Positions 37,759-51,035 of a stretch of 64,000 bases of DNA are shown here, in pieces. The notes beneath the pieces were generated by a model. It was not told the DNA's origin. It ran no database searches and saw only the letters and a list, made by a program, of their open reading frames with translations. Position 1 is the stretch's first letter. Every line of letters begins with the position of its first letter. This DNA is from Macrostomum lignano (taxonomy: Eukaryota): assembly GCA_002269645.1 (NCBI GenBank), contig NIVC01000845.1:186001-250000 (forward strand), in the 5' to 3' direction. Position numbers and translations under genes: made by a program.

Positions 37759-40291
37759 ATGGCCTACAGCTACACATACGGCACCAACCCGTGCGGTCTG
37801 TACTACTCCGCTCCGGGGCCCTACGTTCAGTGCGCCGCGTCCTACGCCTCTGTGCCCTGCGTGCAGGCGCCAGCGTACACTCTGGCTGCTCCAGCCTGCG
37901 CCCCGGCTGCGGCAGCCACGCCCTGCGCCGTCGCTGCACCCGCCTGCGCGCCAGCCTGCGCGCCAGCCTGCGCGCCAACCTGCGCGCCAGCCTGCGCGCC
38001 AACCGTGACCTGCAGCCAGCCGTGTGGCAAGTCGTGCAGCTCCACCGAGCAGAAGGTGAGCACATATCGCTGGCACCCCTGTCCAATTTCCGAAGGTCGA
38101 ACTTTAAAAGGATGATGCAAAAACGTACTGGTTCGGGTAGAAAAAAATTAACGTTTTTTATCTTTGAAGTTGCATGGTTTCTTTAGTGAATAGACGAAAA
38201 AATTACCCCCTTCCTATCCCCCTCTCTTCTCCATTCTATTACCTCTCCTCTTCTCCTCTCGTCTATTCTCGCCTTCTCTGGTCTCCTCTCCCCTCCCCTG
38301 CTCTCCTCTCCTCTCCCCTCCCCTGCTCTCCTCTCCTCTCCCCTCCCCTGCTCTCCTCTCCCCTCCCCTGCTCTCCTCTCCCCTCCCCTGCTCTCCTCTC
38401 CTCTCCCCTGCTCTCCTCTCCTCTCCCCTGCTCTCCTCTCCTCTCCCCTGCTCTCCTCTCCCCTCCCCTGCTCTCCTCTCCTCTCCCCTCCCCTGCTCTC
38501 CTCTCCTCTCTCCTGCTCTCCTCTCCTCTCCCCTGCTCTCCTCTCCCCTCCCCTGCTCTCCTCTCCTCTCCCCTCCCCTGCTCTCCTCTCCTCTCCCCTG
38601 CTCTCCTCTCCTCTCCCCTGCTCTCCTCTCCCCTCCCCTGCTCTCCTCTACTCTCCCCTGCTCTCCTCTCCTCTCCCCTGCTCTCCTCTCCACTCCCCTG
38701 CTCTCCTCTCCTCTCCCCTCCCCTGCTCTCCTCTCCTCTCCCCTGCTCTCCTCTCCTCTCCCCTGCTCTCCTCTCCTCTCCCCTCCCCTGCTCTCCTCTC
38801 CTCTCCCCTCCCCTGCTCTCCTCTCCTCTCCTCTCCCCTGCTCTCCTCTCCTCTCCCCTCCCCTGCTCTCCTCTCCTCTCCCTTGCTCTCCTCTCCCCTC
38901 CCCTCTCCTCTCCTCTCCCCTGCTCTCCTCTCCTCTCCCCTGCTCTCCTCTCCCCTCCCCTGCTCTCCTCTCCTCTCCCCTGCTCTCCTCTCCTCTCCCC
39001 TGCTCTCCTCTCCTCTCCCCTCCCCTGCTCTCCTCTCCTCTCCCCTGCTCTCCTCTCCTCTCCCCTGCTCTCCTCTCCTCTCCCTCCCCTGCTCTCCTCT
39101 CCTCTCCCCTGCTCTCCTCTCCTCTCCCCTGCTCTCCTCTCCTCTCCTCTCCTCTCCCCTGCTCTCCTCTCCTCTCCCCTGCTCTCCTCTCCTCTCATCT
39201 CCTCTCCCCTGCTCTCCTCTCCTCTCCCCTGCTCTCCTCTCCTCTCCTCTCCCCTGCTCTCCTCTCCTCTCCCCTGCTCTCCTCTCCCCTCCCCTGCTCT
39301 CCTCTCCTCTCCCCTGCTCTCCTCTCCTCTCCCCTGCTCTCCTCTCCCCTCCCCTGCTCTCCTCTCCTCTCCTCTCCCCTGCTCTCCTCTCCCCTCCCCT
39401 GCTCTCCTCTCCTCTCCCCTCCCCTGCTCTCCTCTCCTCTCCTCTCCCCTGCTCTCCTCTCCTCTCCCTCCCCTGCTCTCCTCTCCTCTCCCTTGCTCTC
39501 CTCTCCCCTCCCCTCTCCTCTCCTCTCCCCTGCTCTCCTCTCCCCTCCCCTGCTCTCCTCTCCTCTCCCCTCCCCTGCTCTCCTCTCCCCTCCCCTGCTC
39601 TCCTCTCCTCTCCTCTCCCCTGCTCTCCTCTCCTCTCCTCTCCCCTGCTCTCCTCTCCTCTCCCCTGCTCTCCTCTCCTCTCCTCTCCCCTGCTCTCCTC
39701 TCCTCTCCCCTGCTCTCCTCTCCCCTCCCTGCTCTCCTCTCCTCTCCCCTGCTCTCCTCTCCTCTCCCCTGCTCTCCTCTCCCTCCCCTGCTCTCCTCTC
39801 CTCTCCCCTGCTCTCCTCTCCTCTCCCCTGCTCTCCTCTCCTCTCCCCTGCTCTCCTCTCCTCTCCCCTCCCCTGCTCTCCTCTCCTCTCCCCTCCCCTG
39901 CTCTCCTCTCCTCTCCTCTCCCCTGCTCTCCTCTCCTCTCCCCTCCCCTGCTCTCTTCTCCTCTCCCCTCCCCTGCTCTCCTCTCCTCTCCCCTCCCCTG
40001 CTCTCCTCTCCTCTCCCCTCCCCTGCTCTCCTCTCCTCTCCCCTGCTCTCCTCTCCTCTCCTCTCCCTGCTCTCCTCTCCTCTCCCCTGCTCTCCTCTCC
40101 TCTCCCCTGCTCTCCTCTCCCCTCCTCTCTTTTTGAAATTTCCAATCCGTGTTGCGTACAATAAATTAATCATCAAGTCGCCACTCTTACAGAGGACCTA
40201 CCTGACTACCACTAAAGTGTGCGACCAGCCAGCCAAGACCACCTGCTATTACGACACGAAATCTTACAAGGGCGGCCGTCCGTGCTACTAG
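37759..40291 (+). CDS. Small Cys/Ala/Pro-repeat protein, copy 1 (131 aa, 2 exons)
   Basis: Exons 37759-38055 (MAYSYTYG..CAPACAPACAP..CGKSCSSTEQK) and 40193-40291 (RTYLTTTKVCDQPAKTTCYYDTKSYKGGRPCY*). Intron position and flanking peptide are shared with copies 2 and 3. Confidence 0.85.
38280..40130. repeat. Pyrimidine-rich 15/20-bp array (CTCCTCTCCCCTGCT) in CAP-repeat gene 1 intron
   Basis: Direct observation. Confidence 0.96.
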
Positions 40292-40926
40292 AAAAAAGCG
40301 AGATCTGGTCATGACAACCAGCAGCAATGCAGAAAGGATCTCAGGCTGACAACCAGCCACTATGAACTGAACATTAACAGCTTGCTTTACTCCTGGACCA
40401 CAACAAATGATAGTTTCACTCCCGCGAGCCAGCACTCCGACTGAGCGCTCACAAAAATATTGTCATTTATTCCGGTCAAATTTAAGAACATTTTGAAAAA
40501 ATAAGTCCAACTTTTTGATACACAAGATTACTGTTCTATTAGACTTTTAGATACTAATTGGCCTTTGGTTGTCTCCTCGTGTGACTGCTTGATTTCGTAT
40601 TATTTTACGTCTATTAAACAGCTCTCACTTAGGCAGAATATTGCTGTCACCTGTCAAACTAGAATAAAGTTTCCTTATTTAAATCCTTTTAAAGTTTTCA
40701 AATTTGCCCTCAGTAAAATATTCTGCATGATGCAGTAGGTCCCAACTTACCTTAGGACTAACCAAACTTATAAATCATGTAACAGCTTATGGAATAGAGT
40801 TAGGCTATTAAGTTTAGGCTTAATTGTTTAAAACATCGTTATTGCAATATTTTACTACTCACAGTAACACTAAAGACATCTGGCTCCTGATTTCAGAGCA
40901 TCATCTTCAACTAACCAGCAGTCAGC

Positions 40927-41355
40927 ATGTCGTTCTGCAGCACCCAGGTCTCCTGCGCTCCTTCATGCAGCCCATGTGCTCCGGCCTGCGCTCCGTGTGC
41001 CCCGGCCTGCGCTCCCTGTGCTCCGGCCTGCGCTCCCTGTGCTCCGGCCTGCGCTCCCTGTGCTCCGGCCTGCGCTCCCTGTGCCCCGGCCTGCGCTCCC
41101 TGTGCTCCGGCGTGCAATCCTTGCGGAAAGACCTGCTGCGTTACTGAGCAGAAGGTAATTAAGCATGCAGTGTCAATAAACTAACATGCACGGTCATTAC
41201 TGAATGGCCTCTAAAGTACATCTGAAGCGTTTGCATCGAAAATTTGAAACAAACCAAAGGCGCACAATCAACATTTTCAGCGAACCTACACCACCACGAC
41301 AAAGGTGTGTGACGACCCGCCCAAGACCACGTGCACCTACAAGCCCTGCTGCTAG
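40927..41355 (+). CDS. Small Cys/Ala/Pro-repeat protein, copy 2 (100 aa, 24 Cys)
   Basis: Exons 40927-41154 and 41281-41355 (RTYTTTTKVCDDPPKTTCTYKPCC*). GT-AG intron, (CAPACAP)n repeat. Confidence 0.88.
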
Positions 41356-42081
41356 CTGCTGCTGAGAACTCCAGTTCTTCGAAATCTGCTAGCTTCTTTC
41401 TTTGGACTACAATAACACTGCAATTCAGTTTTTAACACAGTCACGAAACGCACTTTAAACAATAAGAACTTCTTGAATAAGAAACAAATTCACGGCACAT
41501 TTTTAAGATCCATGACTTTTAGATCTACTCTTTCACTCTTAAAAATGGATTAAAAGCCTATAAAAATAGTCAATTCACTTTCAAACGTGTTTTAAATTAC
41601 TCCCTTTCACTTTAAATACTATTTAGAAGTAGAATCTGAATCAGAACGCTTGCAACCAATTCCATCAAAATACACTGAAAATGCGATGCTATTCATCACA
41701 GTGCACAGCAGTTGTCCTAACGTTATAATATTTTTTTACTTTCATCTGACCCCTTTGCTCAGCAGACAGAATGTGTCTAAATAATTTAACAGCTAGCATA
41801 CTTAGTATATGGACTGTCATACTACTAGAATAGGCGTTCCTTTATTTAAGTCCTTTCAAAGTTTTCAAATTTGCCCTTAGTAAAATATTCTGCATGATTC
41901 AGCAGGTCCCAACTTACCTAGGACTAACCAAACTTATAAATCATTTAACAGCTTAGTTTTAGTATATTGGATTAGCGACTGTTTAAAACATCTTTACTGC
42001 GATATTTTACTACTCACAGTAACACTAACGGCATCCGTCTCCTGATTTCAGAGCATCATCTTCAACTAACCAGCAGTCAGC

Positions 42082-42469
42082 ATGTCGTTCTGCAGCACCC
42101 AGGTCTCCTGCGCTCCTTCATGCAGCCCATGTGCTCCGGCCTGCGCTCCGTGTGCTCCGGCCTGCGCTCCGTGTGCTCCGGCCTGCGCTCCTTCATGCAG
42201 CCCATGTGCTCCGGCCTGCGCTCCGTGTGCTCCGGCGTGCAACCCTTGCGGAAAGACCTGCTGTGCTACTGAGCAGAAGGTAAGCAGCAGTAATACTGCA
42301 AACTACGAGTAACATGCAAGATCGTTACTGGCTGAAGCGTTCGCATTGAGAAATTGAAAAAGAAAACAAAGACACGCACCCTCAAAATTTTCAGCGAACC
42401 TACACCACCACGACAAATGTGTGTGACGAGCCGCCACATACCACGTGCACCTACAAACCGTGCTGTTAG
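42082..42469 (+). CDS. Small Cys/Ala/Pro-repeat protein, copy 3 (90 aa)
   Basis: Exons 42082-42279 and 42395-42469. Near-identical to copy 2 with a different repeat arrangement. Confidence 0.88.
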
Positions 42470-43452
42470 CTGCCGCTGAGAACTCCAGTTCTTCGAAGTC
42501 TGCTATAGCTACCTTCTTTCTTTGAACTACAATAACTGCAATTAAGTTTTTAACGCAGTGCAGAAAATTCAGTAATAACTAAGATAAAAATTCGCACTTT
42601 AAATATATTAAATTATTTACTCCTTGAAAATTGGAACTAATACACCGCCCATTTTTATTAAGCCCCATAACTTTTCGATACGCAATTTTACTCTTTCAAT
42701 TCTACAAAAACAGTCAACTGATGGTCAAAACTGTTTTGAAATTTTCTCTTTCACATTTGACCAACTGGTACATTAGTTTAATTTATTAATATTAAATTAT
42801 TAATTTAGTGCAAAATTTATTTTAAATACAATGAAACTGCAGCCACCATTCATCACTTTGTATCAGCTATCCTAACGTTACATTCATTTATCTTATTTAT
42901 CTTATATTATTTTTATTGCATAAAAACCGAGGTGCATTCTAGCTCCTTCAAATATGATTGACTCATAAAGAAACCCGTTAAATGAAAGCAAATGTCAGTT
43001 AAAACAATGATATAAACTCGTAACTGTAGTTTCTGGACAAAAAGATTATAATTTAGTATTTATCTGTGAAATAAAGTTATCTTTTGCTCTGAGGAGTAAT
43101 TATAGTTAAAAAATGGTAACAGCGTATATTTTAAACATATACACACAGATGATTGAATTTTACTTACTATTGTCTATTGCGTGAGATGACTGATGAGCCT
43201 AGTTGCATATTTTCTTATACAAATAAGTCTACATAAGAAAAGTCATCACTTCAACGGCGAAAAAATCACCAACAGTCTTGGTTTTTAATTCTACATAAAC
43301 AATTGACTTTTGAGCCTACTGGTGATTTGCTTGCCTAGAAGATTTGCTATAATATATTTTTCAGCCTTTCAATATTTTTAGTAATGGTCTTTTATTATGG
43401 CAGCCTGATCTAATTATTAAAGATAATATTCATTCTCTTTTGTTATTAAAAC

Positions 43453-46451
43453 ATGGCCAGCAGTGCCAGCAACAAGGAATTTATTGTAAATCAGAAGTAT
43501 CGTCTAATAAAGAAAATTGGAAGTGGATCTTTTGGAGAAATATATCTTGGTGTAAACCAAACCAATGGAGAAGTAAGCAATTTTTGTTTTGTTTTTTACA
43601 AACAAAAAATCCAAATCACACAAGTCTAGCTTTAACCAACAAATGAATTCTTTAATAGGCCTAGTTTATTAATAAAACCACAACACAATGCTCCCTAAAA
43701 TTAAAAACTAGGTAAACCTAGGAAATGATGTTAGAGACTTTGTAATTAGTGAGAGTCCCATGACTTGCCAATGTTATGTATGCAAATAGCAAATTTGAAC
43801 AAAAATAGTTCTTTTTTTGCAAAAATCTATAGTTTTTTTGCAAATAAGTAATTGTGCAATGCAATTTTGTAAAAAAAGAAATTTAAAGCTAAAAGAAAAA
43901 ATATTTATACTATAGTTATACCATAGGTTAGGAAGTGACATGTTATAAGGGTCTAGCCAGCCACTAACTAGAGTCTAACATATGAGTAATAATAACTCAA
44001 ACAAGGTAGAATACTCCTAGATGGTATTTTCTAATTAAGCATAGAATTTTATATTTAATAACTGTATTTTTAATGTTTATATAAATAAGCAAGCTACAAG
44101 CTGGGAGAATAAGTCTGAGACACTATGGTATAACTAAGCTAAGCTTCATAAATCTATAGTCATGGCAGTGCTTAGTCTTAGCCTCTATTCATAGCTAGTT
44201 TTTGCAGAAGCGATTGGCATAATTTGGCAAACTAGTTGTTTAAGCAATTCAAAAGTTAGTATAGAGAGAGTAAAATAAATAAAGATTAGACATTTAATCC
44301 CTTGCTTATTTATAGTAAATTTTCCCAATGAAGTCCCTGTGAAACTATCTGCATTGTCACTTCCCATATCTTCTAGATATCATTTCAATTCTATTCTGGC
44401 CAATTCTCATAGTTTCCCACTCTTATGCAACTTCTTAAATGTCTTTATTTAAAAATGTAATTGATAAAGGCATACAACCCCACCCCACATAAAAGCATAC
44501 AACCCCTTTAAAGTGGAAGCAGACTTTTAGGGTGGCCTGCACTTGCCCTTTGCACAGCACTGCTATCTTTAAGCGCTTGTAGCTTTTTATAAGAGTGCAG
44601 CTATCCACAACTGCTATACTCTACCACACTTTGATAACAATGCAATTCCCTAATTTCTTAGCCTAAACCCTAAGTCCTATTCCTAATAGTTCCTACAATA
44701 GTCCCTAAATGACAGTTGATTACTATCTTTATACATGTACGCTAGGATTTCCCGGCATACAACAAGGGTCTTACCATTTTTCAGTATATATCAAGGTATA
44801 TTGCAATATACATAATAGTAGATACATTGTGTCAAATGACAATTTTTTTATATTAGCACACAAACCCAGCATACAAATAAGGTCTCATCATTTTTTGGCA
44901 TTTAACCTGGCATACACTAATATACAATCTAAACTATAGTAGTCATAGAAAGAAAAATTTATATATTATTAGTTTATATTATGTTATAATTTTTCATTTT
45001 CCTCTAAATATTTTCGTTAATACTGTATTCCTAAATCTTTATATATATGCTAGATTTTTCTAGTGTATAATAGACCTGAAAATATGCTTGGCATATAAAA
45101 TCTAGTGCATCACAATAGTTCACTATTGTAAATTTGTGCCATTTCATCACACTCTTAAATCTATTATACAATAGACCAAAAAAGTGATTTCTTACATTGT
45201 AAATTCAAATTTACACCAAAAAACAAATGTTTTTATGATATAATATGTCAGAAATTATTAAAGAAGCATTGCAACAATAAAGGCCCTTTTTCAAAGGCTG
45301 CCAAAATTGAATATACAATGCCAAAATTGAATCCAGTTTGCTGAATTTGAATATCAGTTTGTCTAAATAGAAACTTGAGTTGCTAAAATTTAATGCAGTT
45401 TGTCAAAATTGGTTTTTGGTTTGTCAAATTTGAATGCAATGTAGATGTGCGGCCATAGCTGATGCCAAAAATGAAAGCCAGTTTGCCGAAATTGAATGTA
45501 GTTTTATCAAAAAAGAATGCAAAAAGGTTTAGTTCCAGTATATGGTGCATAGAGCAGTGTTTCCTAATTTTGGATTGGACATAGATAGGCCTATTAGTTA
45601 AAAAATAGTAAAAACTTGCTTGAAATATTTATAAAGAATAAGTTTATGAGCAAAAATGATCATAATGCTTAATAGGCAAAATATTTTACAAAAATGTTAA
45701 AAAATTTTAATGCAAAAAGTTTTGTAACTTTTTTATTACTTGACCAATTAAAAAAAATTCAAAACCTTTCTTATAGGTTACTTGGGGTCCATTTTATAAG
45801 CCTAAGTTGAGTTTTTACCCAAAGGCTAAAAGTAATGGCTAGTAATAATTAGTCTAAGTTATGAATTTTTTGTGTAAGCTAATTTAGGTAGTTTAAACAA
45901 AAAAAGCTATAAAACTCTTATTTGGCAATTAGAAATCAATCTATAATCATATATTGGGCTTTTTTGGATAGATATTTCTTATAAAATAGCATTTTCATAG
46001 CATTTCATAGCTCTATTAATTTAGGTGTAATCTAGAGATTTCCATTTCTTTGAAATGGTCTACTTTGGAATTACTTAGTAGAGGTCCTAAAATCCTAGGA
46101 ATTCTAATAATCAATATTAAAGTAGTTCGATTGTTAATGCTCTATATGTGCAGTTGAACAAAGATTGAAATTCGGTATTAGAGGCTACAAAGTCATTAAC
46201 AAACAGCTTTGTAGATAAATTGCAAATCTCTAATATAATATACTATACAAATATCCATTTGACTGTTTATAAAACTCAGCAAAATACACGCGTTTCTTCC
46301 TTTTATTTCTAAGGAAATTGCTGTCAAACTGGAGAGTCAGAAGGCGCGCCATCCGCAGCTTCTGTATGAAAGCAAACTGTACAAGCTGCTGCAGGGCGGC
46401 ATTGGCATTCCACATGTGCGGTGAGTCTGAGGGATCTTGGCGCTGTTGTGC

Positions 46452-46491
<40 letters not shown>

Positions 46492-46508
46492 CTTCTGTCT
46501 GTCTGTCC

Positions 46509-46556
<48 letters not shown>

Positions 46557-46558
46557 CT

Positions 46559-46592
<34 letters not shown>

Positions 46593-46680
46593 CTTCTGTC
46601 TGTCTGTCTGTCCTTCTGTCTGTCTGTCCTTCTGTCTGTCTGTCTGTCTGTTTGACTGTCTGTCTGTCTGTTTGACTGAC

Positions 46681-46730
<50 letters not shown>

Positions 46731-46828
46731 ACTGTCTGTCTGTCTGTCTGACTGTCTGTCTGTCTGTCTGTCTGCCTGTTTGTCTGTCTGTCTGCCTGTC
46801 TGCCTGTCTGTCTGTCTGTCTGTCTGAC

Positions 46829-46884
<56 letters not shown>

Positions 46885-46897
46885 CTTCTGTCTGTCC

Positions 46898-46929
<32 letters not shown>

Positions 46930-47085
46930 CTTTTGTCTGTCTGTCTGTCCTTCTGTCTGTCTGTCCTTCTGTCTGTCTGTCCTTCTGTCTGTCTGTCTGT
47001 CCTTCTGTCTGTCTGTCCTTCTGTCTGTCTGTCCTTCTGTCTGTCTGTCCTTCTGTCTGTCTGTCTGTCTGTCTGTTTGACTGAC

Positions 47086-47135
<50 letters not shown>

Positions 47136-48992
47136 ACTGTCTGTCTGTCTGTCTGACTGTCTGTCTGTCTGTCTGTCTGCCTGTTTGTCTGTCTGTCTGC
47201 CTGTCTGTCTGTCTGTCTGACTGTCTGTCTGTCTGTCTGTCTGCCTGTTTGTCTGTCTGTCTGTCTGCCTGTCTGTCTATCTGTCTGTCTGTCTGCCTGA
47301 CACTCCCTGTCCATTGTCCTGAACCCGTACCCACTCTGTCTCCCCGCCCTCGCAGCTGGTTCGGTGTAGAGAAGGACTACAACGTGCTGGTGATGGACCT
47401 GCTGGGCCCCAGCCTGGAGGACCTGTTCAGCTTCTGCTCTCGCCGGTTCACTATGAAGACCGTGCTGATGCTGGCCGACCAGATGATCAACCGCATCGAG
47501 TACGTGCACAACAAGAACTTCATTCACCGCGACATCAAGCCGGACAACTTCCTCATGGGAATCGGGCGTCACTGCAACAAGGTGAGTCTGAGGGTGCAAA
47601 TAATCCACATTCCCCAGCTTAATTATCCCCAATCCTTAACCAAAAATCCCAATCCCCAACCCAAAAATCCCAATCCCCAACCCAAAAATCCTAATCCCCA
47701 ACACAATAATCCAAATCCCCAACGCTATAATCCAAATCCCCAACGCAATAATCCAAATCCCCAACCCAATAATCCGAATTCCTTATTCCCATTGAAGAAT
47801 TTGAATCCCTTAACTAAGAAATTCCAACCTCTTGCTCCACAAATCCTAATCCGTAATGAAAAATCCTATAAATCGATTTCCGCCCCGCCCGCGCCAGGTG
47901 TTCATCATTGACTTCGGATTGGCTAAAAAGTTTCGCGATAGTCGTTCCGGAAAGCACATCCCTTACCGGTGAGCATGTGATTAGTCATCAAGAGATCTGT
48001 TATCTAAAAATGATTAATGAATTAGTCTGGTATAAAATGTCCCAAACTCAATTCCCGCAGCGAGGACAAGAACCTCACTGGCACGGCCCGCTACGCTTCA
48101 ATCAATGCTCACCTGGGCATCGAACAGTCCAGACGCGATGACATGGAAGCGCTTGGCTACGTGCTGATGTACTTTAATAGGGGCTCGCTACCGTGGCAGG
48201 GACTGCAGGTGAAATCCTTTCCGGCTTTGTTTCATTCATCTACGTTGCTTCATATTCACCGATTATTGCTCATCTCCATTGCTCATAGTTTCGTAAATCT
48301 AAGGCTTCATAGTTTCATATTCATTACTCTTTTTACTCATAGCTTTTATCTATGGTCATGGCTAGAAAACCCATGGTCAGAGCTTATAGATCTATGATCA
48401 TAGCTCATAAATGTATGGTCAAAGCTCATAGATCTATGGTCATAGTTTATTAATCCATGATCATTGGTCATAAATCCATGGTCATTGGTCATAAATCCAT
48501 GGTCATTGGTCATAAATCCATGGTCATTGGTCATAAATCCATGGTCATAGCTCATAGATCTATGGTCATAGTTCATTAATCCATGATCATTGGTAATAAA
48601 TCATAGCTCATAAATCCCGGCTCATAGCTTATGTCTCACAGTTCATCACTATATACTATCTTAATTCCCAATCCCAAAGCCTCAATTCCCATAACTCCCA
48701 ACCGCAGGCCAACACCAAGAAGCAGAAGTACCAGAAGATCAGCGAGAAGAAGATGTCAACGCCAGTCGAGTCCCTGTGCAAAGGCTTCCCGGCCGAGTTC
48801 ACCATGTACTTGAACTATTGCCGCGGCCTTCGATTCGAGGAGGCTCCCGACTATATGTACCTCAGACAGCTCTTCCGGATCCTGTTCCGCACTCTCAATC
48901 ACCAGTTCGACTACACCTTTGACTGGACTCTGCTCAAACAGCGGAGCAGCGCAGCCGCCACCGCCGCCTCCGCTTCGGGCGCCGCTCAGTGA
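43453..48992 (+). CDS. csnk1a1: Casein kinase I alpha, 6 exons, 318 aa
   Basis: Exons 43453-43572, 46314-46420, 47356-47581, 47898-47968, 48061-48208, 48708-48992 join in frame. Motifs [59 protein letters not shown] and [14 protein letters not shown] (alpha-type). Confidence 0.96.
46451..47297. repeat. (GTCT)n microsatellite in CK1 intron 2
   Basis: Direct observation. Confidence 0.97.
47635..47800. repeat. 21-bp repeat (AATCCCAATCCCCAACCCAAA) in CK1 intron 3
   Basis: About 7 degenerate copies. Confidence 0.85.
48350..48610. repeat. 21-bp repeat (ATGGTCATTGGTCATAAATCC) in CK1 intron 5
   Basis: About 12 degenerate copies. Confidence 0.87.
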
Positions 48993-49079
48993 CGTTCGGG
49001 CTCTGTGTAGGTTTTTAACCCAGTGCTGGATTCAGCGGCTTGGGTTGCTCTTTTGCGATGTAGAATAAGGGCAAAATTG

Positions 49080-51035
49080 TAAGGGTTAGTGTGGGATTGT
49101 AAGGATTAGTGTGGGATTGTAAGGATTAGTGTGGGATTGTAAGGATTAGTGTGGGATTTTAAGGATTAGTGTGGGATTTTAAGGGTTAGTGTGGGATTTT
49201 AAGGATTGGTGTGGGATTTTAAGGATTAGTGTGGGATTGTAAGGATTAGTGTGGGATTGTAAGGATTAGTGTGGGATTTTAAGGATTAGTGTGGGATTTT
49301 AAGGATTAGTGTGGGATTGTAAGGATTAGTGTGGGATTGTAAGGATTAGTGTGGGATTGTAAGGATTAGTGTGGGATTTTAAGGATTAGTGTGGGATTGT
49401 AAGGATTAGTGTGGGATTGTAAGGATTAGTGTGGGATTGTAAGGATTAGTGTGGGATTTTAAGGATTAGTGTGGGATTTTAAGGGTTAGTGTGGGATTTT
49501 AAGGATTAGTGTGGGAATTTAAGGATTAGTGTGGGATTTTCAGGATTAGTGTGGGAATTTAAGGATTAGTGTGGGATTTTAAGGATTAGTGTGGGAATTT
49601 AAGGATTAGTGTGGGATTTTAAGGATTAGTGTGGGATTTTAAGGATTAGTGTGGGAATTTAAGGATTAGTGTGGGATTTTAAGGATTAGTGTGGGATTTT
49701 AAGGATTCGTGTGGGATTTTAAGGATTAGTGTGGGATTTTAAGGATTCGTGTGGGATTTTAAGGATTAGTGTGGGATTTTAAGGATTAGTGTGGGATTTT
49801 AAGGATTAGTGTGGGAATTTAAGGATTAGTGTGGGATTTTAAGGATTAGTGTGGGAATTTAAGGATTAGTGTGGGAATTTAAGGGTTAGTGTGGGATTTT
49901 AAGGATTCGTGTGGGATTTTAAGGATTAGTGTGGGAATTTCAGGATTAGTGTGGGATTTTCAGGATTAGTATGGGAATTTAAGGATTAGTGTGGGATTTT
50001 CAGGATTAGTATGGGATTTTCAGGATTAGTATGGGATTTTCAGGATTAGTGTGGGATTTTAAGGATTAGTGTGGGATTTTAAGGATTAGTGTGGGAATTT
50101 AAGGATTAGTGTGGGAATTTAAGGGTTAGTGTGGGATTTTAAGGATTCGTGTGGGATTTTAAGGATTAGTGTGGGAATTTCAGGATTAGTGTGGGATTTT
50201 CAGGATTAGTATGGGAATTTAAGGATTAGTGTGGGATTTTCAGGATTAGTATGGGATTTTCAGGATTAGTATGGGATTTTCAGGATTAGTGTGGGATTTT
50301 AAGGATTAGTGTGGGAATTTAAGGATTAGTGTGGGAATTTAAGGATTAGTGTGGGAATTTAAGGATTAGTGTGGGATTTTCAGGATTAGTATGGGATTTT
50401 AAGGATTAGTGTGGGAATTTAAGGATTAGTGTGGGATTTTCAGGATTAGTATGGGATTTTCAGGATTAGTATGGGATTTTCAGGATTAGTGTGGGATTTT
50501 AAGGATTAGTGTGGGAATTTAAGGATTAGTGTGGGATTTTCAGGATTAGTATGGGATTTTCAGGATTAGTGTGGGATTTTTAGGAATAGTTTGGGAATTT
50601 AAGATTTGTGTGGGAATTTAAGGATTAGTGTGGGATTTTCAGGATTAGTAAGGGATTTTCAGGATTAGTGTGGGATTTTTAGGAATAGTTTGGGAATTTA
50701 AGGATTCGTGTGGGATTTTAAGGATTCGTGTGGGATTTTAAGGATTCGTGTGGGATTTTAAGGGTTAGTGTGAGATTTTAAGAATTCGTGTGGGATTTTA
50801 AGGGTTAGTGTGGGAATTTAAGGATAAGTGTGGGATTTAAAAAAATTAGTGTGGGATTTTCAGGATTAGTGTGGGATTTTTAGGAATAGTTTGGGAATTT
50901 AAGGATTAGTGTGGGATTTTAAGGATTCGTGTGGGATTTTAAGGATTAGTGTGGGATTTTAAAGATTAGAGTGGGATTTTAGGATTAGTGTGGGAATTTT
51001 AAAGACTAGTGTGGGATTTTAAGGATTAGTGTGGA
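49080..51035. repeat. 20-bp minisatellite (AAGGATTAGTGTGGGATTTT) 3' of CK1
   Basis: About 97 copies. Confidence 0.97.

Larger units (their letters stand above)
40640..42560 (+). repeat. Tandem segmental duplication (about 0.75-0.8 kb per copy, offset about 1.15 kb) carrying CAP-repeat genes 2 and 3 with their upstream regions
   Basis: Shared blocks such as TTCAAATTTGCCC..AGTAAAATATTCTGCATGA..GGACTAACCAAACTTATAAATCAT at about 40700-40780 and 41865-41945, and shared 3' flanks. Confidence 0.85.

Noticed and set aside
38174-40291. 705-aa Leu/Ser/Pro ORF and antisense Arg/Gly/Glu ORFs
   Set aside because: Intronic CT-rich array; only the last 32 codons are a real exon (CAP gene 1).
46324-47911. 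QTDR/SVCL repeat ORFs around CK1
   Set aside because: (GTCT)n microsatellite in intron 2.
49080-51035. CSL/Su(H)-like TGTGGGAA sites in a subset of the 20-bp units
   Set aside because: Present only in variant units; a short motif match among about 35 arrays is expected by chance.
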